Shown one piece after another: positions 13,803 through 26,925 of a DNA stretch of 64,000 nucleotides; the stretch's first letter is position 1; each line of letters begins with the position of its first letter. The position numbers and the translations under genes were made by a program. Location of the stretch: the NCBI GenBank assembly GCA_012026655.1, contig JAAILG010000198.1:62001-126000 (forward strand), read 5' to 3'. The notes beneath the pieces are model-generated. The model had not been told where the DNA came from. It saw only the letters and a program-made list of their open reading frames with translations, and searched no databases. The DNA comes from Hydrolagus affinis. Its lineage: Eukaryota.

Positions 13803-16800
13803 CGCCCTCATTATTACACTGGGGTGCAGCAGCCGGGGTTTCAAGAGACAAAAGGGCAGGTAAGTGTGGCTCGAATAGCCAGCCAGAAAATACTCGATGG
13901 GCCAAATGGAATCTCTGCTACTATTCTGATGAGATTGGGAGAATTGCAGCCGGACTTCACTGTGCAACGCATGTGGGCCGAACTTCCATTCTTGAGATCT
14001 TTAACCCCCCCCCTCCTAATAAGCAGTGCGAGTGAATGGTGTGACTTCAATCTGCACCCCTCTGAACACAGTGTCAAATGCCAACTCAGTGCAAAAGGGG
14101 TGGCTGTAGCAATTTCAAAAGCATTGAAAGAAAGCGAGGTGGAGAACAACATAGCCAAAACACGTGTAGTTTTGCTCATACTGCTTTTTTTTAATGTATC
14201 ACAATGAGCAAGAAACATACTTGATGAAGTATTTTCAAAGGAGTATATTCAATTACCATCTACAATCAACTTAACTATGACAACAAGGTTTGTGACAAAA
14301 AATTTTAAAGTTCGAAATTCACGTGGTTGTTAGTTTCCATGATTTTGGTACAGTTGAAATTTTTCATTATTGTTACAGTAACAAAAAAACTAACAAGACT
14401 ACATTATAGAAAAAACATCAAGAACATCATTTTTGGTTTAACTTGCTCTTTTTTTTTGTACATTGCAAGGCTGGAGATACCTCTTTCACCTCAGGGTAAT
14501 GTTTCCAAAGTTGCCCAAGATGTAAAAGTCAATGCTGTTCACAGTGGGCAGTTTCTCCACAAGAATGACAATAATCTTCTTTATTGTCCAAGAACTTAGA
14601 TACATCAAGTATGCTGACTTGTGTTAATGCTTCTCTTGTCTTATTCTTTTTCCCCCATGCCACAAAAATTGGACACTTTTAATGCGGCACCTTTCTCATT
14701 GCTTAAAGCTTTGGCCACATTCATATATAGTTAAATAATTTTTTTCAAAAACTGCTCAGTGCTTTTTCCTGCTTCAGTACTGGTGGTGCCTTTAGATGCA
14801 AATATGTCTTGTCCACTTTTCACCTGTACGTCTTGCTATGTTAAACTGTAAAACTTGGGGTAGCCTGACCCACACAATTATTAGTCTTTGTAAATGGTAG
14901 AGTACAAGTGCTACTGAACAGACTTTGGAAACAAAGGTCAGAGTTCCAAGAAAATACAAACCAGAAAATTGCACCTTAAGAGGCCATGTCATAGTATAAA
15001 GATAAAAAACATAAAACAAACCAGTATTTAAAATATAATGCTAGTGTTAAAATGTTAACAGTTAATATGAGAAAAATTATATATGATACAGAAACATACT
15101 AACATACAAATTAACAGTTAAATGCCGAATATATTTCATAGAGAATCACATCAAATAACATAAAATCAAAAAAAAAAAAAACTGTACAACCTTGGAATAA
15201 AATTTTTCATCTTGTGGGAGTTTATTTTTTTAAACCTCATTTTAGAAAAGAATTAGAATTTTCTGTTTTTGAACGTGATCAGATAACTTTATGTAAAATA
15301 GGCCTACGACTTTCAAATGTAATTTAAATTTCAGTCACTTTTGAAACTGGAGGGCTACACTACTATCTGCATGTAATCATTACAAAAAAAAATATTTTTG
15401 CACTGTGTACAAGCCTGATTATGAATATGTACAACAGCTTATTGACTACTTCTTTGTTTTTAAAAAAAACAAAAAAAAATGTTTTAAACAAAACAAATCA
15501 GTTCCCTGCAACAAACTCCGAGCTGATAGTTTGGAATGAACTGGAGTTCTGCAATTTATGTTGGCTTTTGACATTAGTAAAAGCATCAGCCAAACTGAGC
15601 CATGGAAAGGTGTATTCACAGTCTAAAAACGTTCCATTTGCAACAGAAAGATGAAAAAAGGAATATCAAAAAAGCAAGGGCTAAAACTGATTTATTGGTT
15701 TCCAGTAAAGCTTAGCAAAAAGCAAGGTATAAGCAAGCATCTACTGTGTGACTACAACATTTGCAGCAAAAAAAAGTTTTTTTTTAAAGAGTTCAGACCT
15801 TTTTAATGCTAGTAATGAATATTTTGACATTAATGTGACTACAGAGATGTACATAACACAAGTGCCCAAATAACAAAGACATTTTCTTAAAAGATCACTA
15901 TCTGATATCCATGGCAGTAGCAGTGTCTTCTAACCACCACTGCACTTATTTCACAATACAAGGACAAACCTTTAAGTAAAAAGTTTTTTTTGGTATTTTT
16001 ATTTGTTTTGTCTTAAGCCGTTCCTTTGCTTGCAGAAGAAGCAATGGCAACGACCCCGATATTACCATTCCTTTTTTTAAAATTTTTATTAAATCAGAAG
16101 AACAAATTCTCAAGTACTGTATAAAGATGCCTCTTTTCATCTTTATGCACCAATGGTGAAAGTGTATGTCTTTGGATTTTGTTAAAGCGCGAGAATTTTT
16201 TCTCTTGTGACAAAGAAAAAAAAATTAACCTCTTCCCCCCCCCCACCCCTTTCCCCCCCACCCCCCCAAAAAAAAGAGACCAGACTGCCGCCACACTACA
16301 CAGAAAACAGAAATGTCTGCTTCATAGGAAAAAAAATTCCATAGCATCTACAAAAGCAGAAAGGTAAGTGCACGAAGGTTACAGACACAGGTAAATAATC
16401 ATTATGTTCCTTAAAGGTTCACAAAAAAAGTTGAAAAGGACCCTATCCACAAAAAATCTTTAGTTACTTTTTTTTCTTCCTCCTTTAAAACTAGAGCAAG
16501 CACCTTCAGCGAGGAAGGCGAGCAAGCATTAAGGAAGGTTTCAAGGTCGGAAGGGGAAAGATGGGAAAGGAAGGAATACAACAGGCATAGACCAGTAACT
16601 TGATTCAATCTACCCTATAGGAATGAACAAGACAACATCAAAATGAAGAGCTTTCTGTTGGACAATACAAAAGCTAATGTACACAAAGGTTTTTCCATCT
16701 ACCATACTGTTTAGGTAATTTCCAATGCAACAAACTACTCAACACCAAAATGTTCATATCTATCATAAATACAGAAAGTTAGTTTTTTTTAAAATTCATT

Positions 16801-17523
16801 GTTATCTCAGCTACAAGTCCTCAACACTCTTGTGTTTTGGTGGCAATGGGAGTGCTTAATCATCCCTCAGATTATACAGCAGAAGAGCTATTCGTTGTAA
16901 ATCCCCAGTAAAGTTTATGTGTTTTTTTTTAATAATTTTGAAACTTTTAATTATTATTATCATTATATATTTTTTAAGAGAACACTTTCTGCCCAATCGT
17001 CTTCTGGAACAAAAAAATAGGAAAACCTAAAAATAAAAACAGAAAAGAAAAACAAAACAAAGAAAAAAAAAAGTATGATTCTGAAAACGTAACAAGGTGT
17101 GAGCTATTGACCTGAGAATACAAGACATTACATTTTAGCTAGCCATTGGTATCTGAATGCTTACATAGCAAGAAATCTAAACTGTAAATGGTGGATTGTC
17201 ATCCCATAAGGTACATGCTGCCGTCTGCTGTGCTATTAACTCAGGACATGTTTGAACTGGGGAAATAAAGGGGTTCAGGTTCAAAGACCACTGTAATTAA
17301 ATTGAGGCAGTTCATTGCTTTCTGGTTCTGTCATAGCTCAGCTAACCATAGTACCTTCTAGCAACAAGTGTAACAGGCTTAGATGTTGCCAGCATATCAG
17401 TATGAGACAACAATCCTGAAAGATTTTTTATTTATTTTTTTGGTTAGAAGCTTTGGAATTGCAGTTAGTCTTTTTTGAAATTGGTTTTTTTTTTTTTATT
17501 AATCATATTGTCCATCTTCAAGC

Positions 17524-18955
17524 TTACAATCTGAAGGTGTCCATTCCTACACTTGTCAGACTACTGTCTCTGCGGCAGCTGGGGTCATTTGAACCCTCCA
17601 GCGGGCAATCCAGGCCATCTGACTTCTGGCTGAGCTCACTGTCAGACTCATCTGAATAGCCGTCTGTTGGTATAGAGGTCTGAACCCCTGAGGTGCTGCA
17701 TGAAGTTGAGGTAACTGTTGAAGATGAGGAGAGAGAAGGTAAAGAAGAGGGCTTCCTGACTGTGGCTCGGGAAAGAATGTTAGGCCAAGATTTCATGGAG
17801 GCATGAGGGGAGAGGCTGGAGGAGGAGGGGCTGTCATTAGAGTGAGCGGCAGACTGCGAGGTAGATGCGGTGTTAGGATCGGGGAAGCAGGCTGAGTGAG
17901 GTAATAAACTAGCGTGCTCTTTGGCGTATCTTGCTGCTCGTTTGATTGTTCTGTGTTTGTGCAAGGTTGACTCGAGATGTTGACTGAGAGCTTCATCCCC
18001 GCTCAGTGTAGTATCACAGGCCAGGCAGTGGTAGGTGCTGTTGGGCACACGGAGCACCATCTCTTGCAGATTTATCACAGACTGACCGAAGAAACATATC
18101 GACTGCAGGTGGCTCATGGCTGTCTCTTCATCAGTGAAGACCATCTGACACTTGCGACAGACCAACTTGTACTGCACCTTTGGAACAATGAACAGGTCAA
18201 GCGAGTCCGTACTTTTGCTTTCTGTTTGCTGCTGTTCTTCTGGTTTTGGAAGGGATACTTCTCTGGGAGCACTGGTTTGCTCTTCTGGTTCAGTAGATTC
18301 TTTGGCGGATTCTTTGTCTGGGGAAGCGGATAGTGGTGGGGCAGGGGCTTGGCTTGGTTTAGGCTGCTGCTTTGGCTGTTGCTGTTGTTGTTGTTGTTGC
18401 TGCTGCTGCTGCTGTTGTTGCTGCTGTTGTTGCTGTTGTTGCTGTTGTTGTTGTTGTTGTTGTTGTAGCTGTTGTAACTGCTGCTGTAGCTGCTGTTGTT
18501 GCTGTTGTTGCAACTGCCTCTGTTGCTGCTGGAGGGCATCTTGTAGACTTTGCTGGTACTGCTGATATTGCTGCAGCAACGATCCTGGTGACAGCCCCAT
18601 CAGAGCTTGGGACAAAGCTGGATTGTAGGGAAACAGACCCTCCATTCCATACATTGGCTGCAGATATCCTCCTTGTAGTGCTCCGGGGAGTTGCGGGGCG
18701 TAATACGGAGAAAAGCCAGGCACAAAGTATGGCAAAAACTGGCTGGTGAGCAGAGCAGTTGGATCCGAAGCCAGGGCACTTTGTAAGGCCTGAAGCTGAG
18801 CCGGATCTACCACATACTCCATGCCAGGTATCGGTACTGATGTCCCAGCACTGCTGTCACTTTTCTCCTTGTTAGCTGTGGGCGTAGGGTCTACTTTTTC
18901 TTTTTCCTTTTCCTTTGCCCTCTCATTCTCTTTGCTTTTACGCTGTTCTGGTTGC

Positions 18956-18987
<32 letters not shown>

Positions 18988-19160
18988 TGGCTGCTGTTGG
19001 TTAGCTGTGGTTGGACGTGATGTTGCGGTGGTGGCCTGTGTCGAGGCCTGCGATGTCAATGAAGGAGATTGCTTGCTTGGCTGTCCACTAGTCGGAAGGC
19101 CAGGAGAGGGTATAGTTGAACCAGGAATGCCCAAAAGGTTAGGTTTGGGAGGAGTTAAAG
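17524..19160 (-). CDS. ZFHX3: ZFHX3 terminal coding exon (ALTPPKPNL...YHCLACD...SVGMDTFRL*), with polyQ tracts and final zinc fingers
   Basis: Acceptor ttgtttttctttttag|CTTTAA, phase 1, continuing NT-A-LTPPK. TAA stop at 17524-17526. The ORF-track extension 19161-19248 is intronic. Confidence 0.95.
18376..18531 (-). repeat. Coding CAG/CAA polyglutamine region; an uninterrupted run of ~30 Q at 18376-18465
   Basis: Mixed ctg/ttg triplets on plus, in frame with the terminal exon. Confidence 0.95.
18952..18987 (-). repeat. Coding polyglutamine tract (12 Q)
   Basis: (ctg/ttg)12 on plus, between two Pro codons. Confidence 0.9.
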
Positions 19161-19267
19161 CTAAAAAGAAAAACAAAGTATAAAACATGTGGAATTTTTG
19201 TTTAAATGAATGATTGCAAGTAGGCTGGAAACACAGACGCAGAAGCAAGTGGGCATTTCCAGTTTAT

Positions 19268-19385
19268 CATAACAATCTTTTTCATTGGATATAGCACCTT
19301 GTGTCCTTGAGATGTCTCAAAGCACTTCACAGAACATACTGTAAAGTAGATTGACTGTATATTTTGTGGGAAAAATGGTGGCAGA
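19268..19385 (-). mobile_element. SINE family A 3' fragment
   Basis: gagatgtctcaaagcacttcacagaacatactgtaaagtagattgactgtatattttgtggg. Confidence 0.78.
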
Positions 19386-19739
19386 AATTACAGTGACAGT
19401 ACCACACTGAGCGATATCTTCACCACTTAATTTTTTTAAAGTTCACTTCAAAAGCACAGGTTAACAAGAGCATAAACAATTTTCAGGTTGTATTCCACAA
19501 GAGGATGAGAAGCAGTAATGGAGGGAAGGACACTTGGATACGTTCAGGAAGTTTGTCCTTCCGCCAATGTTAATCGGAACACCCACGACCTCCAACTTTT
19601 CCTATTGACAACCCCCCCTCATTCGCAACTTCCGGCCCAATTACCAACCTCTGCCTCCCCCACAGTGCCAACCTCTGGCTTCATGTCCCACCCCCCCCAC
19701 CCCCCCCCGTCCATTCCCAGCAAGTAATAGTTTTGCCAA

Positions 19740-19875
19740 TGCCACTGTATTATGATCTAGAATACTGTCCTCAAGCATTTTTCCTGGTTACCCTGTTCCA
19801 GCAATTAATTACCCTTTGTGCAAAGGGATATTTCCTGGCATCTGTCTTGAAATATCTCTTTAAAACCCTGAACTT
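19740..19875 (-). mobile_element. CR1-type LINE C-terminal fragment
   Basis: Translation FKTDARKYPFAQRVINCWN matches the CR1 terminal motif R..FFxQRVxxxWN. Confidence 0.65.
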
Positions 19876-21339
19876 CTTCTGCTTTTTGTTCTTGTTGCCT
19901 TTGGTGCTTTTCTTGTTCTGTTGCCTTGGTGTATCTGACACTAAAGTTCTGGGATGACTTTCCCAGACCCAATTAAGAGTCTCTGTTTGAAGTGACACTC
20001 TTACTCCTGTTACCCCGAGGGGCAGCTTGTTTATAAACAAGTTTTTTTTTAAAAAAACTTAGGTCATCCATATTTGTACTACTTGAATAAAGGTATGAAG
20101 GTATTATGATCAATGTGGCACCGTGGAATCCCCACTGTGCGCTTCACGTTAATTACGGCGCTGATAACTATTTGTCTCACTACACCTGAAAGAGGTTTGA
20201 CTGTTTCTCTAAACATTGTGATTGGACTTCTGCTGCAGCATCGTAATGACATCTGTGATTCTTTGCTCTTTCAACTTCTCCCCTTTCATTCAAACACTGT
20301 TCTAAGAAACCTCACGGCATTGAACTGAACCACTTACACTTGCTTTTGGTACTGCATAGACAGTAATGAAATGAACTAAAATGGAACTAAAACACACTTG
20401 TGGAAGTTGTTCTTTAAGTGCAAAGCCTCTTATTTCATAATTTGTGTACACTGTAGCTGGTACATTGCTGTAGCTGGCGGCTTATTTAGTGATTAAAAGA
20501 ATCACTGTTAAATACAAACACAGATTTTAGAATATAACTGTATGTAACATGATAGCGCAGGACACTTTAGTGAACGTCATTAAATACAGCAGTAAAATCC
20601 AATTAGATAAAATAGATTGGCACAGGAAGAAAATGTCAATACATCCCTTTTTCCTTCATCGTCACAATTTACTTTATTTTGCCTGATTATGCTGACATCA
20701 TTAATGACACAAACAAAATATACTTATATAGATTCTGCTGATAACACCATTCTGCAGCAAAGAATTAGCAAGTGGCTCTTGCTTTGCTCGGTTTTGCCAC
20801 AGAAACTAAACGCAACCAATGTGAAACGATATCAGTATTTATTTTATGTCCATACCAGATTCACCACATCATAAACTGAGTCTGTGGCTAAAATATCGTT
20901 CAGATACCATGCATGTCAGAAGCCATCATCAAGTCAGCTATTCTTTTCAGATATGATTCTATCAGATTACACAAGTGAGAAATCATTGCCTAGTCGATCT
21001 GGTTGTTAACTGAAGAATGATGACTTGTTTTTTTTTGCCATAGATTTATTTGGGTGGTGGTCAAAGTAAAGGATGGCAAGCAACATGTGTGGAAGGCATG
21101 TTGGATTTGGTGAATCAAGTGCTGGCAGGTTGGGTAAGGACAGTGACAAAGGACCCGAGACCCGACCTCAACGGAACATCTTTCACTCTACGTTTATGGC
21201 ATTCACCGTACATTCTCTCTCATTGATGCCTTCCAGAGCAAGATTGCAAAATATAGTGTTGTACTTGAAAGCTTCAGTGACAATAGATTAAGATCCCAAG
21301 TGCCATGGATTCTTTTTTTTCAAAACTGGGATCTGGATT

Positions 21340-21425
21340 ACAAACTCACGTTGGTTACTAACAGTCTTTAGAGACAGAACACCTTCATCCTATCTGCCCC
21401 GGCTGGATTTGTCCCCAGTTGCCGC
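21340..21425 (-). mobile_element. Possible ancient LF-SINE-like fragment
   Basis: Minus strand aaatccagccggggcagataggatgaagg...aacgtgag resembles the remembered LF-SINE-type segment after the B-box. Short and diverged. Confidence 0.25.
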
Positions 21426-21510
21426 AAATTAAATTTGAATCAGGCAAATATCAGATTGAAATCGACCAAGAAGCTATGTTATGTAAACATAAACGATAAG
21501 TACTACCCAC

Positions 21511-24500
21511 CTGTGTTAGATGAAGTAAAGCCAGGTAGAGATGAAGGGCTGCCCACACCTGGTAGTAACACAGGTGAAATCCCTGGCAATGCAGGGTAGG
21601 CAGTAGGAAGATTAAGAGCTTGAATTGGTGGATTATCGAACAAGCCCTGCTGCTGAAGTGTTTGCTGTTGAGCTGCCAAACCAAGAACCTCATTAGCTTT
21701 CTTGATACGGTCTAGCTCTTGTTGAGCCATTAGCCGACGGACAGTCGCTGGATCAATGTATTCAACTTCTTTATCCAGCTGACTTCCAATGGTCTCCTTC
21801 ACTTTGTAGATATGTTGCTGAGAGAAGATATGATCTCTTATAGACAGCCGGGCACTATATTTGATGCCACACAAAGTGCACTCTGTTTTAGGTCCTTCAT
21901 AACTGGTTTGATTGATACCAAAGTGCTTCGCCATGTTCAACTTGGCTTTTTTCTCCTTGGCCCGAGCATTCTGGAACCACACTTGAACGACTCGTTTTGG
22001 CAGCCCAATGTCATTCCCCAAAACCTCACATTCCAACATGGTTGGTGTTCGGTAATCATTAAAGCAGGACTTGAGCAGTTTCAGCTGGAGGTTTGTCATC
22101 TGAGTACGGAAGCGTTTTTGCCCTGGTCGTTCACCATCTCCATGTTTTGCAATCGTGCTGCTTGAGCTAGGGCTGGGTGAACAGGGATCAGCAAAGCTTG
22201 AAGTCTCACTGTAATCAACAATACATTCATTTTCCAGCTCCCTAGCAAGATGACTGGGTGATGGACTGACCAAGTTAGATGACATTCTGTCTTCCATTTC
22301 TTGCACAGACATTTGAGATACCTTTTGAAGATTCTCTGCTTGGAAACTGAGCTGTTTTGAGTCAGATGCTACTCCGGTTCCACTATCATTGTCTGCATTT
22401 GCTTCATCTCCGGTTGTAGTGTCAGTTATAGCAGTGTTGATTGATGAGCAATCATCATTATCAAGCCTAGTTTGGTCAAAGCTCAAGTTAATTGAAGAAA
22501 TTGTGGGACCATCATAGTCTTCGATCCCTTCTACCTTGATGGATGAAGGGCTAAGCAGAGCTTTGGGTGAGAATTCTCCACTTTTGTTTCCTGGTGAAAT
22601 GGTAGAGCATTGACCATCGCTGTTTAATGACGACAGCTGAGCAAAGCCGGAGCAATCCAACTGATCCACTTTCAGCATGCTTACTGTATCACTGTCCATT
22701 GACAAAAGAGAAGACACGGCCAGATTGTACCCAGCACGTTTGGCTTCATGCCAATGGCGGGATCGGATGTGGGCTTCAAGTGCTGTCTTGGCTTTAAAGA
22801 GGGCTCGGCAGAACGGACAGCGCCTGTGAGCTTGAGACGGGCCAACAGCTCGAAACTGCCCTTTCCTTTCTCTGGCCCGAGTGTTCTGGAACCAAACTTG
22901 AACAACGCGCTTTTTGAGGCCTACTTCATGTGCAATATGGTCCAACATCTTCCGGGTTGGGTTCGAATCGAGTAAGTATTTCTGGTAGAGAATTTCCAAC
23001 TGCTCTGGGGTGATGGTGGTCCTCAAACGTTTATCTCTTTGAGGTTCGTCTCCATTGTTTCCACTGTCGTTATCCCCGGGACTAACGCTCGCCTTTTCTT
23101 CCAGTTTTCTCTTTAGTGTGTTCATGGCAGAATTAGGCGTGGAGGGTGAAGATGCAGAGCTTGTTGGGATCTGAGGTAGAGTTCCAGAAAGTAGCTGACC
23201 GGCTAGCAGAGGGTTATTGGGATCAAAAAGCATGAAGGGCATCTCTAGGGGGCGATCCAAGAATTGAGGATGGACAAATTGGTTTTGTGCAGTCAGGAAA
23301 TGGAGCTGTTGATGCTCCTGCCAAAGATCAAAGGTTGGGAACGCCAGTTTGCACTGGTCACATTGGTAGTGAATCATCTGCGGAGGTAGGTTGCCATGCT
23401 GCTGTGGCGTTGAAGTGTGAAGCGGGTTTAAAGAAACGTGATGAAGCTGAGATGGGCTCGGGCTGGCTTGGGACACAGAGCACTGGGGCTGTGAGGGCTG
23501 AGGTGGCGAGAGCTGTGGGATTTTCGGTTGTGTTAGCTGTGGTTTCTGATCTTGCTGCTGCTGCTGTTGCTGTGTCTCGGTTTTTGCCTCTAACATGTTC
23601 TCTTGCGAATGCTGCTGCTGTGTATCAGGAGATTCGGGTTGCTTTGGTTTCTCATCGCAAAACTCTAATTTGCACAGAGTTTCTTCTTTTTCAGCTGAGG
23701 TTTGGGGCAGGTTTCCAGAAGATCCACTCGGCATCGGTGGTGTCAAAGATGAGGCACAGACAGCTGAGCTCATTAGATTGGTGTGAGAAGATGAATAAGT
23801 GGTAAGCAATAGCTCAGACGCATCCATGGAGTCCTCAGTCTGACTGTCGTCTAGAAGATCATCATCCTCGTCTTTGTAGCACATCTTCTTCTGGTGCTTG
23901 ATCAGGTCGAAGATTCGTTGAAATACCAGATTGCATTTCTTACACTGGTAATTCAAGTTATTCGTGCGAATGTAACGGTCGTTCGACAATTCCCGACGTT
24001 CGCCCTCCTTGCCGTCCCCCTGGTTCTCGTAGTTTTTCCTGGCTTTCTGCCGCGCGTTCTGAAACCAGACCACAATGACCCGAGTCGGGAGGTTCAGCAA
24101 GTTGGATAGCTGCTCAAATTCATCGTCCTTTGGGTAAGCATTGGCGTCGAAGAAGTCCTGCAAGATGCGTAGCTGATAGTCGGTGAACCGCGTCCTACTC
24201 GATCGGTTGCTCCTGAAATACTCAGTCCTTGCCGGTTCCGGAGAAGGAGGTTTGGAATCTATTTTTATATCTTCAAGCAACGTGACTGGGGGGTTGTTGA
24301 AATTATATGGCGAATCTTTGTTGCGCTGGCGTTCTTTGAATAAGGTGTTCCTGAACCAGTGCTTGATCACTTTTTGGGGCAACCCCGACTTATCAGACAT
24401 CTCTTTGATTTGGTCCTCGTTTGGCGAATTATTTATGTCAAAGTACCCTCTAAGGATCTTCAGCTGATCGTCTGTGATGCGCGTCCGCGGCCGCTTGTTC

Positions 24501-26925
24501 TGCTGCTGCTGAAGGAGGTTGGGGTTGAGCTGCTGCTGATAAAGCTGGGCCAAGTCGCCAGGTATGGGGTCTACTGGTGTTAGCTGGGAGACCATCTGCG
24601 GTGGCATAGACTGCAAAGGCATGGACTGCATCATAAGAGGTGAAAAAATAGGTAAATCCAATGGCATAGAGAGCTGAGGGAGCGACACTATGGGCTGCGA
24701 GGTGGATATAGCAGGCGGTGTCAGCGCGGGAGCAGTTGATGTGAGGTTCTGAGTAGAGGACGGCTGAGATGAGACGGGTGGTGGAGGAGGCGGGGGCGGA
24801 GGTGGTGGTGGTTCGGGAGTTATTGGCCTCAGGGGGTAAAGTTTATCATAGTTCTCTCTATACTGTTTGGCAAAATGCTCAAGCTCTTCAAATGGAAAGA
24901 ACTGCTGATGCACGTGCTCTTGATGGCTCTTCAGAATTAGAATATTGGAAAACAACTTGCCGCAAGTCTCGCACTCCAGCTTCTCCATGCAGTCACTCTG
25001 ACCTGTCTTAGCTTTCTTCTGCACCTTTTGTTTGTTCTCGTTGTACTGAATGACCAGCTCAAACCCAAAGTTTTCTAGCAAAGCCTTGGTGGCGTTACCG
25101 CGAGCGTCTGAAGGAATTCGGGGAGGGAGCAAGGAGGATTCGCCGTGTCCAGGCTGGTCTTTCTTTTCTTTGGATTTCTGCCCTTCCATGGAAACATCCT
25201 TCGACGCAGAGGCGTCATCAGATTTCTCGGAACTCTCTTTATCCTTGTGTCCATCCTTGTCTTTTAAGATTGCTTTTGGTTTCTTATCCAGCTGTTGACT
25301 ATGCTGAAGCAACGGCGTTTGCTGTGCGAGGGATTGCGAAGGCGCCTGTACTTGCTGAATAAACTGCTGCTGGAGAGTGTTGGGTTTCACGTCTTCAAGC
25401 AGAGAGCTCGTCGGTATGGTCAGCGCTGCGCTACTCACTGGGATGCCAAGTTCTGGATTGAGCTGGAATTCCGTTCCAGGGATGTAGAAAGGAAACAACA
25501 GCTGTTGTTGCTGGAGCTGCAGCAGAGCTTCGGTTGTCATCGGGAAATGGGGCAGGAGGGCTGGGTTGAACAACTGAGATTGGAAGATGGCAGCTTGCTG
25601 CTGAAGCTCTTGTTGTAGCTGAGCTTGAGCTTGAGCCTGGGCTTGGGCTTGGACGTGGGCTAGTGTCTGAGCCTGCTGCTGCTGCTGCTGTTGGGTCTGT
25701 TGCCGGGACGTGATCAGATCAACTATCTTTTTCTTGTTGGCATCCTTCTGCTCTAAAGCTGTGGCAATGCTGGTTCCAACAGAGTTGGTACTCAAAGTTG
25801 TCCCAGTGGAATCTGCTGTGACCTGACATCCACTTATTAAACCTATGCTCGGTGTGGTGCTAGTTGTAGTTCCACATCCACTGCTACTCATACCAACATC
25901 AGTATTACTGCTGTTATTGCCACTTGGGCTAGGTGTTGACACTCCCATGGTAGTATTAGTGTTACTAATGTTACCGCTAACGCTCCCACTGCTACTAGCA
26001 GCTTCTAGCTTTGCAGCTCGTGCTTTGGTCTGGTGCAACACTGATCTCATATGGATCTCTAGAGTAGAGCTTTGGCTGTAGGCAACATTGCATGTGTTAC
26101 ACTTGAAAGGTTTGTTATCCGGGCTGTTGGTTGGCTCAGGCTGGCCAGTAGCAGACTCTTGAAGTGCCCTTTTCAGCTTATGCAGGTGAGACACAGAGTT
26201 GTAATGGACAAGCAAGATATTCTTTTGAGTAAATGATTCCTTGCAGACTGTGCACTTATAGGGACGGGATGGATCCAGGAATTTCTCCATGGTGAAGTTT
26301 GGACCTTTCCTAAATGGAAGAGCCCGTTTTGGCTCCGAGCCCGAATCTTCCTGAATAGATCCAGAGTCGCTTCCTACAGGGCTTTGTTTTTCATCCGAAT
26401 CGCTCTCTTCATCTTTGTCTTCATCTGGCACCAAAGCCTGATCTTCGCTCATAGATGCATCCCCCAGCACCATCACATCACCATTGACTGCAGCGAGTCC
26501 ACTGTAAAGCTGCTGGATGTCAGTCTCACTCAGTTCTAAGTGACTGGTCTCAAGGTGTTTCTTCAAGGCTTGAAAGGTTCGGAAGCTGCGTTGGCATAAG
26601 CTACACATAGTAGCGGCTCTTATGACATGATACTGAGAGTGCAGCTGGAGTTTCTCAATGGTCTTGAACGCTAGGCTACACTGATTGCAACGGTATTTGT
26701 AGACATGACGATCGGACACAGGTAGTTGGGGCCTTTTGGCATGAATTTCATTGAAGTGGGCCTGAAGTGCAGTGGAAGTCTTAAACAACTGGTTGCATCC
26801 TTTCTTCCAGCACAGGAAGCCAGCGTCATCCTTCCCTAAACTCTGGTCACCGGAAGGCTTTGGTTCCATGCTACGGTCTGTACTTTCCGAAGGTACACTG
26901 CTCTTTTCTGGTGGATCTGATGTTT
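21511..26925 (-). CDS. ZFHX3: ZFHX3 penultimate giant exon, 5,415 nt, phase 1-1: several C2H2/U1-type zinc fingers and all four homeodomains
   Basis: ORF 21503..26938 trimmed to acceptor tttgttttcattag|AAACA and donor ACAG|gtgggt. Homeodomains at ~24323-24502 (HWFRNT), ~24032-24210 (WFQNAR), ~22859-23036 (WFQNTR) and ~21944-22123 (WFQNAR). Poly-Pro at ~24777-24812. Confidence 0.96.

Larger units (their letters stand above)
12915..17523 (-). other. ZFHX3: Probable long (~4.6 kb) ZFHX3 3'UTR
   Basis: AU-rich, with U-tracts in mRNA sense and no recognisable SINE or LINE copies, unlike both flanks. It ends near an AATAAA followed by U/GU-rich sequence. The end point is inferred. Confidence 0.6.

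Noticed and set aside
13620-14218. ORFs of 195, 105 and 125 aa
   Set aside because: They lie in the probable 3'UTR, run through a (GA)n microsatellite and show no domain similarity or splice support.
17977-19183. Poly-Cys, poly-Val/Ala and poly-Asn/Ser ORFs
   Set aside because: Antisense or shifted-frame shadows of the ZFHX3 polyQ tracts.
19161-19248. N-terminal extension of the 574-aa ORF, and MFSL at 26926-26938
   Set aside because: Intronic sequence upstream of clear splice acceptors.
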